DNA of 64,000 bases, from assembly GCA_944386415.1 (NCBI GenBank), contig CALXAY010000002.1, positions 22,297 through 86,296 on the forward strand, in the 5' to 3' direction. How positions within the stretch are numbered: position 1 is the stretch's first letter; each line of letters begins with the position of its first letter. The DNA is from an uncultured Clostridia bacterium. GTDB taxonomy: Bacteria > Bacillota > Clostridia > TANB77 > CAG-508. Below, piece by piece: positions 29,976 through 40,162 of this stretch. The notes under the pieces are model-generated. The model was given only the letters and a program-made list of their open reading frames with translations, had not been told where the DNA came from and did not search any database. The position numbers and the translations under genes are program-made.

Positions 29976-30956
29976 CTATATAATCATTAGTCCAATTATG
30001 CATAGTATTAAAGTTACTAAGCTAAATACTATAACTATCTTGTTTTCCTTCCATCCTGATAATTCAAAATGATGATGTATCGGTGTCATTTTGAATACTC
30101 TATTTCCTGTCTTTTTAAAGTATGCAACTTGAATAATTACTGATAATGTTTCTATTACTGGTACTAGTGCAATCACTACTAATAATAATGGCATCTTTAA
30201 ATATAAAGCCATAGCTGAAACAACTCCTCCTAAAAGAAGTGAACCAGTATCACCCATAAATACTTTTGCAGGATGTAAATTAAACATTAAAAATCCCAAT
30301 ATGCTACCAATTACTACACTTCCGAAAACTGATATTTCAGGATGACCAAATAATATTCCAATTACAGTAAGACATGTAATTATTATTGCACTTACACTAG
30401 ATGCTAAACCATCTATTCCATCTGTTAAATTAACAGCATTTGTTGCTCCTAGTATTACAATAATCCCAAATGGAATATACAAATAAATTGGCATTGTTAT
30501 ATATTCTTTTAAAAATGGAATATATGTATCTGTTCCAATATGTAATCCATATACTAAATAAATAACATAAGCTACTGATATTATTAATAATCCTAACATT
30601 TTATAACTAGGCTTTAATCCTTTTGTATTTTTCAATACTAACTTTTTAAAATCATCTATAAAACCAATTAATCCAAATCCTATTGTCAGTAACAATATTG
30701 GAAGTAAATTATGTGCTAAATCTCCTTGATTATTTACTACTAAATATATATATGCTCCTGTTACTACAAGTATCATTGAAATAATCATCATTATTCCACC
30801 CATTGTAGGTGTTCCTTGTTTTTTTAAATGAGACTTTGGTCCATCTTCTCTTTCTATTTGTCCTACTTTAAATTTTCTAAGTATAGGAATAATAATCATT
30901 CCTAATATAACTGTTACAAAAAACGATATTATTAATAGTGATGTTTCTATTTTCAT
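29976..30956 (-). CDS. mraY: Phospho-N-acetylmuramoyl-pentapeptide transferase
   Basis: Polytopic membrane protein with GLIGFIDDF, NAVNLTDGIDGLA and MGDTGSL motifs. Confidence 0.85.
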   Translation of the reverse strand: MKIETSLLIISFFVTVILGMIIIPILRKFKVGQIEREDGPKSHLKKQGTPTMGGIMMIISMILVVTGAYIYLVVNNQGDLAHNLLPILLLTIGFGLIGFIDDFKKLVLKNTKGLKPSYKMLGLLIISVAYVIYLVYGLHIGTDTYIPFLKEYITMPIYLYIPFGIIVILGATNAVNLTDGIDGLASSVSAIIITCLTVIGILFGHPEISVFGSVVIGSILGFLMFNLHPAKVFMGDTGSLLLGGVVSAMALYLKMPLLLVVIALVPVIETLSVIIQVAYFKKTGNRVFKMTPIHHHFELSGWKENKIVIVFSLVTLILCIIGLMII

Positions 30957-30997
30957 TATTCTAACCTTTCCAAAGACAAAATATAATTATCTATCTT

Positions 30998-32471
30998 TTA
31001 TTTTATTTCATTTGTTATTTCTTTTACTATTTTTCTTTCATTAAATGGTATTTTTTCTCCATTTATTTCTTGATATAATTCATGTCCCTTTCCAGCAATA
31101 ACAACAATATCAATTTTGTTTGCCATTTTTATTGCCTCTCTTATTGCCTCTTTTCTATCTAAGACAACTGAGTATTTTCCTTTTGTCTTCTTTATTCCTT
31201 TTTCTATTTGACTTGCAATATCTTCTGGTTTTTCACCTCTTGCGTTATCTGTTGTTATAAATGTATAATCAGAGGCTCTTCCTGCTATTTCTCCCATTAT
31301 AGGCCTTTTTGCTTTATCTCTGTTTCCTCCACAACCAAACACACAAATTACTTTTCCCCTCGTATAAATTTTGACTGTTTTTAGAATACTTTCCAAACTT
31401 TCTGGAGTATGAGCATAATCTATCATAATTGGTATTTCCAATTTATTATCTATCATTTCCGATCTTCCTGGTACTCTTACTTCTAGTAAAGCATCTTTTA
31501 TAATTTCTGGAGATATATCAAACTTTTTAGCTACACAAATAGACGCAAGAGAATTATACACACTAAATCTTCCTGGTATTCCAACTTTTACTCTTTCATT
31601 TCTATCTGTTAGCTTAACTTTAAAGTCTGCATAGGTATTTGTCACTGTAACATCTCTTGCCATTACGTTAGCAAAATTATCTATACCAAATGTTGTAATA
31701 TCCTTATCTGGAAATATTCTTGGTATTTTAGCTCCTTGAACATCATCACTATTTACTATTCCAACTTTACACATTTGGAATAATTTTAATTTTGATTGCA
31801 AATAATCTTCCATTGTAGGATGTTCGATTTTACTTATATGATCCTCTGAAAAATTAGTAAATACTGCAATATCAAAATCACATCCATCTACTCTGTGAAG
31901 TTTTAAGCTTTGAGAAGATACTTCCATTACAACAACTTCAACTTTTTCTTCTACCATTTGACTAAAAATTTCTTGTAATTCTAAACTTTCTGGAGTCGTC
32001 CTATCATTTTCTTTTATTTTTCTTCCATTTATACAAGTTTCCAATGTTCCAATTAGTCCGAACTTTCTTTCCTGCTCTTTCTAAAATTTCTTTTATCATA
32101 TATGAAGTCGTTGTTTTTCCTTTTGTTCCCGTTATTCCAATTAATTTAAATTTTTTAGATGGATTATTATAAAAATTACAAGAAATTATAGCTAAAGCTT
32201 TTCTTGTATCTTTTGCCATAACGACAATAGTATCTGTCATTACTTTAAAAGATTTTAAATCACATCCTTCTTCTATTAAAATCGCTGTTGCTCCTTTTTG
32301 TATAGCTTCATTTATAAACTCATGTCCATCATATTCAAATCCTTTTATGGCGATAAACAAATCACCATTTTTTACTTTATTAGAATTACAAGCAATTCCT
32401 TTTATATCAACATCTAAGTTTCCTTTTGCTTTTAATCCTTCTAAGCCAATTAATAAATCTTTTAACTTCAT
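30998..32471 (-). CDS. murE: UDP-N-acetylmuramoyl-L-alanyl-D-glutamate--2,6-diaminopimelate ligase with a +1 junction at an in-frame CGG
   Basis: GITGTKGKTTTSYM P-loop. ERAGKKV|GLIGTLETCINGRKI..TTPESLELQ is restored by a +1 shift at the CGG at 32058-32060. The C-terminal Mur ligase domain is intact. Confidence 0.75.
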
Positions 32472-32778
32472 TATATTAAATCCTTTCGATTATTAATAAT
32501 TATAATCAAAAATCTTGATTATGATTTTGCTATATTATATAACTTTTATGCTTTTTTGTATAGACCCTTTTTATCTTTAATAACATCTATTACTGATGCT
32601 ACTAAAGTGTTATTATTCTTATAGTTTTTTAGATTCTTTTATATTAATTCCTACAAATATTAATCCTATAATATCTGAGGTAATATAAAAGGTGTCAACA
32701 ATCCCCTCACTGCTATTAAACCAATTTCCATTATTTCTTCCTTCCATACTATATCACACTTTTCCTAAAAAATCCATC

Positions 32779-34762
32779 TTATTTCAGATATATTTTACTT
32801 CCCTTATTTACTATAATTCCTGCTTTAGGTGTTTGCTCTTCTACATAAGTGTTTCCTTTATCAACTTCTTCTCCGTCTTTTTCGTAAACAACATCTAATC
32901 CATTTTCTTTTAATATATTTTCTGCTTCTTCCAAACTTTTTCCTAAAACATCTGGAGTATTAACTTCCTCTACTTTCTCTACTTCTTCTGTTTGATTTAC
33001 TTCTAAATATGGTAATATTTCACTAAAAATTTCACCACCGACAGGTGCAGCGACTCCACCTCCTTGATGTCCTCCTTCTCCCGTTGGATTATAAAGTGTA
33101 ACTAAAACAACTACCTGTGGATTCTCTATTGGAGCCACTCCTAAAAATGAAGTAACATATTTATTAGTATTTACACCATCTTCTGATGTTCCGGTTTTTC
33201 CTCCTATTCTATATCCTGCGACTTTTGCATTTTTTCCAGTTCCTTCTGATACAACTGATTCCATCATACTAAGCACTTTTTCCGAGGTTTCTTTTGAAAT
33301 TACTGTCTTATTTTTTTCTACAGGAATATCTGTTATTTCATTTGTTTTGCTGTTTATTATTTGTTTTACAACTCTTGGCTTTATACTTGTTCCTCCGTTT
33401 GCAATTGCTGATACTGCTGTTACTAGTTGAATTGGTGTTATTTCAAATCTTTGTCCAAAACTAATTGTTGCAAGTTCTACTGGTCCAACTTTGTCCTTTT
33501 TCAAAAATATACTTCCAGCCTCTCCTGGTAAATCAATTCCTGTTATTTCTAGCAATTTAAATTTCTCTAAATAACTATAATATGTTTCTACTCCTAATTT
33601 TTGGCCAAGTCCTATAAAAACTGGATTGCAAGAATTCATCAAAGCCTTTCTTAAACTTTCACTTCCATGTGGTCTATAATATCTCCAACATTTTATTCTA
33701 ACACCTGCTACTTCAATTCCTCCAGTACAGCAAAATTCTCCTTTATTATCTGTGTCAGTTATTCCTTCTTCTAGAGCTGCTGAAGCTGTAATTAATTTAA
33801 AAACTGAACCTGGTTCATATGTATCTGCAATAGCTTTATTTCTCCATACTGCTTGAAGTGCAGTCGTTTTATCTTGTACTGTCATATTGTTCCAATTTTG
33901 TTTCAAATCATCTGTATATGGTTCAAATGGTTCGTTTAAATTGTATGAAGGGTATGTTGCCATAGCTAGTATATCTCCGTTTTGTGGGTTCATTACTATT
34001 ACATTTCCTCCGTCTGTACATTTATTATCAATGCATGCTTCTTCTAGATATTTTTCAACTATTGACTGAATATTTAAATCTATTGTTAATATTAAATCAT
34101 TTCCATCTACTGCTGGAACATAATTTTCTCCTTCATTACCTATTTCTCTACCTCTCGCATCTGTATGACGTTCTATACTACCTTTTTCTCCTTTTAGTTC
34201 GTCCTCATATTTGGCTTCTATTCCATCTAACCCTTGATTATCACTTCCACAAAATCCTATTATTTGTGACGCTAGACAAGAATTTGGATAATATCTTTTA
34301 GTATCTTCGTCAATATTTATACCTGTTAATATATTATTTTCTTCCATCCATTTCCTTAGCTCATCCGTTTTTTCTTTTTCTACTTGTTTTACTATTGTTT
34401 CTATCGAACTTCTCTTAGTTACCTTTTTTAGTACTGTTTCATAATCTAATTTAAATATTTCTGACAACTTTTTTGCAACTTTTTCTTTATTATCTTTTGC
34501 AATATTTCCAGGATTTACTGTAACAGTTTCAACAGTGCTACTAATTGCTAACACATTCTTACCTGTAGTATCATAAATAGTTCCTCTTTTAGGATTTATA
34601 GTTCTATCTAGCGTCTGTTGAATATATGCTAATTCTTTTAGGTCTTTTCCTTGTACAAATTGTATAAATCCTATTCTTCCGAATCAGACAAACTAAAATT
34701 GTAAAACAAATAAATAACATATTTCTCATTTTCCTTTTGTTAGACAATTTTATTTCAATCAT
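32779..34762 (-). CDS. Class B penicillin-binding protein (SpoVD/FtsI-like, one PASTA domain) with a +1 junction at an in-frame CGG
   Basis: ATG at 34762 with AGGAGG 7 nt upstream encodes the membrane anchor. LVCLI|GRIGFIQFVQG continues across the CGG at 34679-34681 into the 591-aa ORF, and matches LIGRIGFLQFVEG of the paralog. Transpeptidase motifs SVFK, SCN and KTGT are present. Confidence 0.7.
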
Positions 34763-34820
34763 AAAAAAACCTCCTAATTAATTCTATTAGGAAGTTTTTC
34801 ATTTATTCTTTTATTAATTT

Positions 34821-35318
34821 TTATCTATTTAATATTTTATCTATAAACTTTTGAAACCAGTTTTCATTTTCCTCTATTATTACTTCTTCAGAAGCTGATT
34901 CTACGTAGTCTTTTTTTGGTAAACTTACATATATAGTTTGTTTATTAGTTAATTTTTGCATACCCAATTTTTCTTTTGCAATCTTTTCTATATTTGTTAA
35001 ATTTAAACCATTTTCTATACTTACTTTTGTTTGTTCATTTTCCTTTTGCAAAGAAGCTAACTCTTGTTTTAGATTTTGCACCTCTGTAAACTCCTCATTT
35101 ATCTGTGAGTTTCGGTAACTTATAGTAAGTAACACTCCAAAAATAGCAATAACAAATAAAGTTATTTTTCTTTGCTTTTTTCTTTGCTCTTTTGAAATTT
35201 CTACTTTTTGTCTTGGTACATCTTCTACTACTTTTAATTTTTTCTTTCGTCTTGTTTGTTTGTAATCTGGCTCTAACTTTCTTGGATTTGTAGTATATTG
35301 GTATCCATTTCTTGACAT
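34821..35318 (-). CDS. ftsL: Cell division protein FtsL-like (single TM plus coiled coil)
   Basis: 165 aa with a basic N-terminus, TM segment ITLFVIAIFGVLLTI and a coiled coil. Sits between rsmH and the PBP gene. Confidence 0.55.
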   Translation of the reverse strand: MSRNGYQYTTNPRKLEPDYKQTRRKKKLKVVEDVPRQKVEISKEQRKKQRKITLFVIAIFGVLLTISYRNSQINEEFTEVQNLKQELASLQKENEQTKVSIENGLNLTNIEKIAKEKLGMQKLTNKQTIYVSLPKKDYVESASEEVIIEENENWFQKFIDKILNR

Positions 35319-35347
35319 AAGTTACCTCACCTCCTTTTCTTTAGCTT

Positions 35348-36283
35348 CTATCTTCTTTCAAAAATTCTAAGCTTAGCACTTTTGCTTCTTGAATTTCTTG
35401 TTCTTTCTTCATCTGTTGCTACAATTGGTTTTTTTGTAATTATTTCTCCAAAAGATTTAGCACCACATACACAATATGGCAAATCTTTTGGACATGTACA
35501 TTTTCCTTTAGCATCAATATAAGCATTTTTAACTGCTCTATCTTCAATAGAATGAAATGTTATTATACAAAGTCTTCCACCTAGATTTAGACATTCTATA
35601 CAATTTCTAACAGTATCATATAATGGTTTTATTTCATTATTTACTTCTATTCTAATTGCCTGAAATGTTCTTTTTGCTGGGTGACCATCATTTTGAAATT
35701 TTCTTGGTATAGACTTTTCTATTATTTCTACTAATTCTTTTGTTGTCTTAATTTCTTTTTGCTTTCTGTATTCACAAATATTTCTAGCAATTCTTTTAGA
35801 AAATCTCTCTTCCCCATATTGATATATTATATTTGCTAAATCTTCTTCTTTATAATTATTTACAACTTCTCTTGCAGTAAGTTTTTGTGATTTATCCATT
35901 CTCATATCTAATTCATTTTCACCTAGATAACTAAATCCTCTGTTCCTCTCGTCTAACTGATATGAAGAAACTCCTAAATCTAATAATATTCCATCTACTT
36001 TATCTATTTTTAAATGTTCTAATATATTTTTTATATTATCATGATTATCATGAACATATATTACATTAGAAAAATCTTTTAGATTTTCCTTTGCTGCATC
36101 TAAGGCTTCTTGATCTCTATCTATTCCTATTAACTTTCCGTCTTTAGATAATTTTTTTAAGATTTCTTTACTATGTCCTGCACCTCCAAGAGTTCCATCT
36201 ACATATATCCCATCTTTCTTTATGTTTAAACCTTTGATGCATTCTTTTAACATAACTGGTTCATGTTTAAATTCCAATTTCAC
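35348..36283 (-). CDS. rsmH: 16S rRNA (cytosine1402-N4)-methyltransferase
   Basis: HEPVML, DGTLGGAGHS, GILLDLGVSSYQLD and FHSIEDR motifs. The exact start is uncertain (GTG at 36283 or TTG at 36277). Confidence 0.85.
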   Translation of the reverse strand: MKLEFKHEPVMLKECIKGLNIKKDGIYVDGTLGGAGHSKEILKKLSKDGKLIGIDRDQEALDAAKENLKDFSNVIYVHDNHDNIKNILEHLKIDKVDGILLDLGVSSYQLDERNRGFSYLGENELDMRMDKSQKLTAREVVNNYKEEDLANIIYQYGEERFSKRIARNICEYRKQKEIKTTKELVEIIEKSIPRKFQNDGHPAKRTFQAIRIEVNNEIKPLYDTVRNCIECLNLGGRLCIITFHSIEDRAVKNAYIDAKGKCTCPKDLPYCVCGAKSFGEIITKKPIVATDEERTRNSRSKSAKLRIFERR

Positions 36284-36397
36284 ACCTCTGAACTTTTATA
36301 ATGCAAATTTCAGCTGGCAATTATAAAACTACCAGCTGTTTTTCTTTATATGTACTTTCTTTTGGTTTTTCTTACGTATAAAATGTTAAATTTGATT

Positions 36398-36556
36398 TCT
36401 TTTGTACATTTGTCTTTTGTACAACTTCATCTTTTGCATATTTTTTCTTCTGTAATATTTTCTTTTGTTTTTTATCTTTTGTATTTTACATTTCTTCTGC
36501 GAATTTTTCTTTTGTAACTTAAAATTTTTATCTTTTGTATTTTTATCTTTCGTATT
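36398..36556 (-). repeat. About ten imperfect direct repeats of TACAAAAGA (plus strand TCTTTTGTA) at roughly 15-nt spacing in the mraZ-rsmH spacer
   Basis: Copies start (plus strand) at 36398, 36413, 36430, 36446, 36461, 36475, 36493, 36508, 36531 and 36546. Spacings are 14-18 nt, apart from one of 23. Confidence 0.6.
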
Positions 36557-36579
36557 TATATAAACTTTTTTATAAAAAG

Positions 36580-37005
36580 TTATATACCAAGCATTGTCAT
36601 ATTTTCTGCAATTTCATCTGCTGAAATATTTTCGTCACATTTATCCCATGTAGATTTATCCCAAATTTCAAGTCTAGTTCCAACTCCAATAATTACTGTT
36701 TCCTTTTCTAAGTTGGCCGCTACTCTTAAGTTATTAGGAATTAAAAATCTTCCTTGCTTATCTATTTCACATTCTGTTGCTCCTGACAAGAAAAATCTTA
36801 CAAAGTTTCTCGCATTTCTATCTGATAGAGGTAATGATTTTAATTTAGTTTCGAAATTTAACCACTCATTTTGTGAAAACGCAAATAGACATCCATCTAG
36901 TCCTTTTGTTACGATGAACTTGTCTCCCATATCTTGTCTTAATTTTGCTGGCATTATTAATCTGCCCTTTGTATCTAGAGAATGCTCGTATTCACCAATT
37001 AGCAA
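36580..37005 (-). CDS. mraZ: Transcriptional regulator MraZ
   Basis: (M)[22 protein letters not shown] and a second KQGRFLIP repeat. TTG start with AGGGGTG upstream. Confidence 0.85.
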   Translation of the reverse strand: MLIGEYEHSLDTKGRLIMPAKLRQDMGDKFIVTKGLDGCLFAFSQNEWLNFETKLKSLPLSDRNARNFVRFFLSGATECEIDKQGRFLIPNNLRVAANLEKETVIIGVGTRLEIWDKSTWDKCDENISADEIAENMTMLGI

Positions 37006-37022
37006 TTAAATTTCACCCCTTT

Positions 37023-37059
37023 CCACTTTGTTACCACTTTGTACCACTTCTCTCCACTT
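37023..37059 (-). promoter_or_regulatory. Four direct AAGTGG repeats (MraZ-box-like operator) upstream of mraZ
   Basis: Plus-strand CCACTT at 37023, 37034, 37044 and 37054 (spacing 11, 10, 10), between the putative -10 element and the mraZ start. Confidence 0.5.
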
Positions 37060-37066
37060 CTCCTAA

Positions 37067-37095
37067 ATTTTAATATAACTTTTTATAATTTGCAA
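37067..37095 (-). promoter_or_regulatory. Putative sigma-A promoter of the mraZ operon
   Basis: Minus-strand TTGCAA (37095-37090), 17 nt, then TAAAAT (37072-37067). Confidence 0.4.
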
Positions 37096-37164
37096 TACTT
37101 TTTTAAAATTTTTTTGTATTTTTTTAATTATCTTTTTTTCTATTTTATTTTATTAATAAAAATA

Positions 37165-37196
37165 CAATATAAAAAAGAAGGTCTAAAACCTTCTTT
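37165..37196 (-). terminator. Rho-independent terminator after the upstream PBP gene
   Basis: Stem AGAAGGT/ACCTTCT (37176-37182 with 37188-37194) followed by a T-run on the minus strand. Confidence 0.55.
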
Positions 37197-39530
37197 CTAC
37201 TGTGCTCCACCAGCTATTGTTTGTTTTAATGTTACTCTTATAATTGTTCCTTCTTGTACCTGTTCATCTGCCATATAATCTTGTGTAATTACATTTCCTT
37301 TTCCTTCTATATTAATATTTAAATTTTTCTCTCTTAAAGCTGTCGTCGCCTGTGATGCATTCATCCCTTTTAAATCTGGTACTACTACTGATGACGAAAC
37401 TTCACTGCCCTCTCCATATAGAACTACAATTGAATTTTTAGTTAAACTTGCTCCTGGTTTTGGAGTCTGATCTGAAACTAAAATGCTATTTTCATCTCCC
37501 TCAACATGTTTTATAACTTTAAGTCCTATATTTTCCAATATCTTTTGTGCTTCTGCAACAGTCTTATTTCTTATATCTGGTACTGTTATTAAATTACTTG
37601 TATCTTCTGTTTCAGTATCTGTTGATGGTATTCCTAAATATGGTAATATTTCTGTTAACATTTGTGATACTACTGGTGCTACTAATGTTCCACCTTGATG
37701 ATTATCTTTTGGTGGATCATATAAAGTTACTAATATTACAACTTGTGTATCTTCAATAGGCGAAATAGCAACAAAAGAAGCCACATATCCATCTTCTGTA
37801 TTTGTATAAATAGGTTCTGATGTTCCTGATTTTCCTCCTATTGAATATCCTGTCACTGCTGCATGTCTACCAGTCCCTTCGGTTACAACTGACTCCATCA
37901 TTGATTTTACTTTATCTGCTGTTTGTTTTGAAATTACTTGTCTTACTTCTGTAACTGGCATTTCTGTTATTGCTCCTGTCTCAGTATTCGTTACTTGTTT
38001 TACTATTCTTGGTTGCAATAATACTCCATCATTTGCTATACATGAAACTGCTGTTATCATCTGAAGTGGTGTAATATTTAATCTTTGTCCAAATGACATA
38101 GTTGCAAGTTCTACTGGTCCTACATCCTCAAGTTTATGGAATATACTACTTTGCTCTCCATATAGTCCTGAATTTGTTGAATCAAATAAACCAAATGCAT
38201 CATAATATTTATATAATGTTGATGCTCCTATTCTTGCACCTAATTGCATAAATGATGGATTACAAGATTTTTCTAGTGCCTGTCTTAAAGTTAATGGTCC
38301 GTGTGCACTAGTCCAGCATGATATTCTAAGCGGTTCACTTCTTGAAGCATCTTCAAATTCCTCATACCCTTTACAAACAAAATCTCCTTCTTTATCTGTA
38401 GTCGTTATGTTTTCTTCTAATGCTACTGAAGAGGTAATAAGCTTAAATACAGAACCTGGCTCATATGTTTCTGACACAGATCTATTGGCCCACATCTTAT
38501 ATAATGCTTCACTTTTTTCTTCTGCTTCCAACGAATCATAACTTTCAGCTAACACTTCATTTGGAGTATATGGTTCATTTAAATTATAGTCTGGATAACA
38601 TGCCATAGCTAATATATCTCCATTTTGTGGATTCATTACTATTGCATTTCCACCTTTTTTACAATCATTTTCTTCTACTGCTTGTTTTAAATATTTTTCA
38701 ACTATTGTTTGAATTTTAAAATCTATTGTAAGCGTTATATCACTACCATTTTCTGCTGATATATATGTTTCCTCTGAATCCGGAATTTCTTGTTGATTAC
38801 TACCTTTAGAACTTACTATTTTTCCTGGGGTTCCCTTTAATACTGAGTCCCATTTAGATTCAATTCCACTTAATCCCTGATTATCTGTTCCACAAAATCC
38901 TATTACATTTGATGCTACATTATCACATGGATAATATCTTTTTGTATCTTCGTCAATATTTATTCCAATAGATATCTCATTATCCTCCATCCATTTTTTC
39001 AATTCGTCAACTTTATCTTGTTCAACTTTTTTTGCAATAGTTTCAACTTGTGAACTACTATTTACTTTTTTTAATATTTCATTATAATCTAGTTCAAAAA
39101 TATCAGATAATCCTTTTGCAACTTTTTCTTTCAGTTCTTTTGTTTCTTCCTCATTATCTTCTTTTTTTATTTTTTCTGGATTTATTGTTATAGTATCAAC
39201 TTGAGCACTTATTGCTAATGCTTTTCCAGTTGAATCATATATATTTCCTCGTTTTGGACTTATTATTTGATTAATTGCTTGTTGATTGTATGCAGCTTCT
39301 TTTAAAAAACTTCCCTCAACAAATTGCAAAAATCCAATTCTACCTATTAAAAGTATAAATATTAATAATATAACAACTAATGATATTTTTAATTTGTTTG
39401 TTTGAATCAAATTTTTTGAATCAAATGACGTCTTAATTTTTATAACATTATCATTTTGACTATTAAGCTTTTTAATATTTTTAGTTTTATTTTTCAGATT
39501 ATTTTTATCTTTCTTACTTTTCATAGACAT
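37197..39530 (-). CDS. Class B penicillin-binding protein (two PASTA domains)
   Basis: Membrane anchor, dimerisation domain, transpeptidase motifs SVFK, SCN and KSGT, and two C-terminal PASTA repeats. Paralog of 32779-34762. Confidence 0.8.
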   Translation of the reverse strand: MSMKSKKDKNNLKNKTKNIKKLNSQNDNVIKIKTSFDSKNLIQTNKLKISLVVILLIFILLIGRIGFLQFVEGSFLKEAAYNQQAINQIISPKRGNIYDSTGKALAISAQVDTITINPEKIKKEDNEEETKELKEKVAKGLSDIFELDYNEILKKVNSSSQVETIAKKVEQDKVDELKKWMEDNEISIGINIDEDTKRYYPCDNVASNVIGFCGTDNQGLSGIESKWDSVLKGTPGKIVSSKGSNQQEIPDSEETYISAENGSDITLTIDFKIQTIVEKYLKQAVEENDCKKGGNAIVMNPQNGDILAMACYPDYNLNEPYTPNEVLAESYDSLEAEEKSEALYKMWANRSVSETYEPGSVFKLITSSVALEENITTTDKEGDFVCKGYEEFEDASRSEPLRISCWTSAHGPLTLRQALEKSCNPSFMQLGARIGASTLYKYYDAFGLFDSTNSGLYGEQSSIFHKLEDVGPVELATMSFGQRLNITPLQMITAVSCIANDGVLLQPRIVKQVTNTETGAITEMPVTEVRQVISKQTADKVKSMMESVVTEGTGRHAAVTGYSIGGKSGTSEPIYTNTEDGYVASFVAISPIEDTQVVILVTLYDPPKDNHQGGTLVAPVVSQMLTEILPYLGIPSTDTETEDTSNLITVPDIRNKTVAEAQKILENIGLKVIKHVEGDENSILVSDQTPKPGASLTKNSIVVLYGEGSEVSSSVVVPDLKGMNASQATTALREKNLNINIEGKGNVITQDYMADEQVQEGTIIRVTLKQTIAGGAQ

Positions 39531-39630
39531 GCCTCTTTTGTTAAAATTTTATACAATTATTTTAAGTAAAAATCTTTAAAAAGTCAAGAAAATTCACACA
39601 ATAATCACCTTTTCTCATTTGTTTTTTAAA

Positions 39631-39675
39631 TCTAAAAAGCCAGAAGACCATTGGAATTAAATCCAATGGTCTTCT
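39631..39675 (-). terminator. Rho-independent terminator after the GC-rich small ORF
   Basis: Perfect 14-bp stem AGAAGACCATTGGA/TCCAATGGTCTTCT (39642-39655 with 39662-39675), 6-nt loop, T-run on the minus strand. Confidence 0.7.
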
Positions 39676-39697
39676 AGCTAATTTTCAGAAATTGGGT

Positions 39698-40162
39698 TTA
39701 TGCTTCTTGGTAAGTGTTAATAAACACCAAACCATTCACCACCCATTTGTCTGAAGGATCAGGCTTTCCATCCTTATTGGCACTTACGACAAAATCGCCC
39801 TTGCCATGAGGAATACCATCACGATTCGCTGTAAGGATTTCTCCCCAACTGGTAACAATTCGAACCTTTTCTACGGTCTGCTCAGCAAAGATAGTCTCTG
39901 CTTCATCACTAACAATAGTTGCAATATCAAACACTCCATCTGGAATATTCTCCGATGTAATCGGAGTTCCATCGATGAATGTGTATGTACTTACAAGCTT
40001 CTTGATAGTAACAGGCCACTCTTCACCAACTGTTCCAATGAGCTTTATGCACTTGTCATCAGTCGTGACATAGTTACAGTCCTCCAGATAGTTATAGAGC
40101 TTAGTTCCACTTGTTACCTTTTCTGCCTTCATTGTGTAGTACATCTTCCGGTATGCTTTCAT
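39698..40162 (-). CDS. Hypothetical protein in a compositionally foreign (GC-richer) insert
   Basis: 154-aa ORF with GGAAAGGA upstream. Codon choice (AAG, CTC, CTG, GAG, GAC, GGC) is unlike its neighbours. No family confidently recognised. Confidence 0.5.
   Translation of the reverse strand: MKAYRKMYYTMKAEKVTSGTKLYNYLEDCNYVTTDDKCIKLIGTVGEEWPVTIKKLVSTYTFIDGTPITSENIPDGVFDIATIVSDEAETIFAEQTVEKVRIVTSWGEILTANRDGIPHGKGDFVVSANKDGKPDPSDKWVVNGLVFINTYQEA

Noticed and set aside
32472-32778. Riboswitch or small ORF in the 307-nt PBP-murE spacer
   Set aside because: No known leader motif was recognised. A 42-codon ORF exists on the minus strand but has no RBS.
36311-36343. Hairpin CAGCTGG-14 nt-CCAGCTG followed by TTTTT on the plus strand, as a terminator
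   Set aside because: Its orientation is opposite to the minus-strand mraZ-rsmH transcription unit, and no plus-strand gene ends there. It may be an RNA structure or an antisense terminator, but this cannot be supported from sequence alone.
36398-36556. CRISPR array
   Set aside because: The repeat unit is only about 9 nt at about 15-nt spacing, with no spacer-sized unique segments and no cas genes. No CRISPR-like array was seen anywhere in the window.
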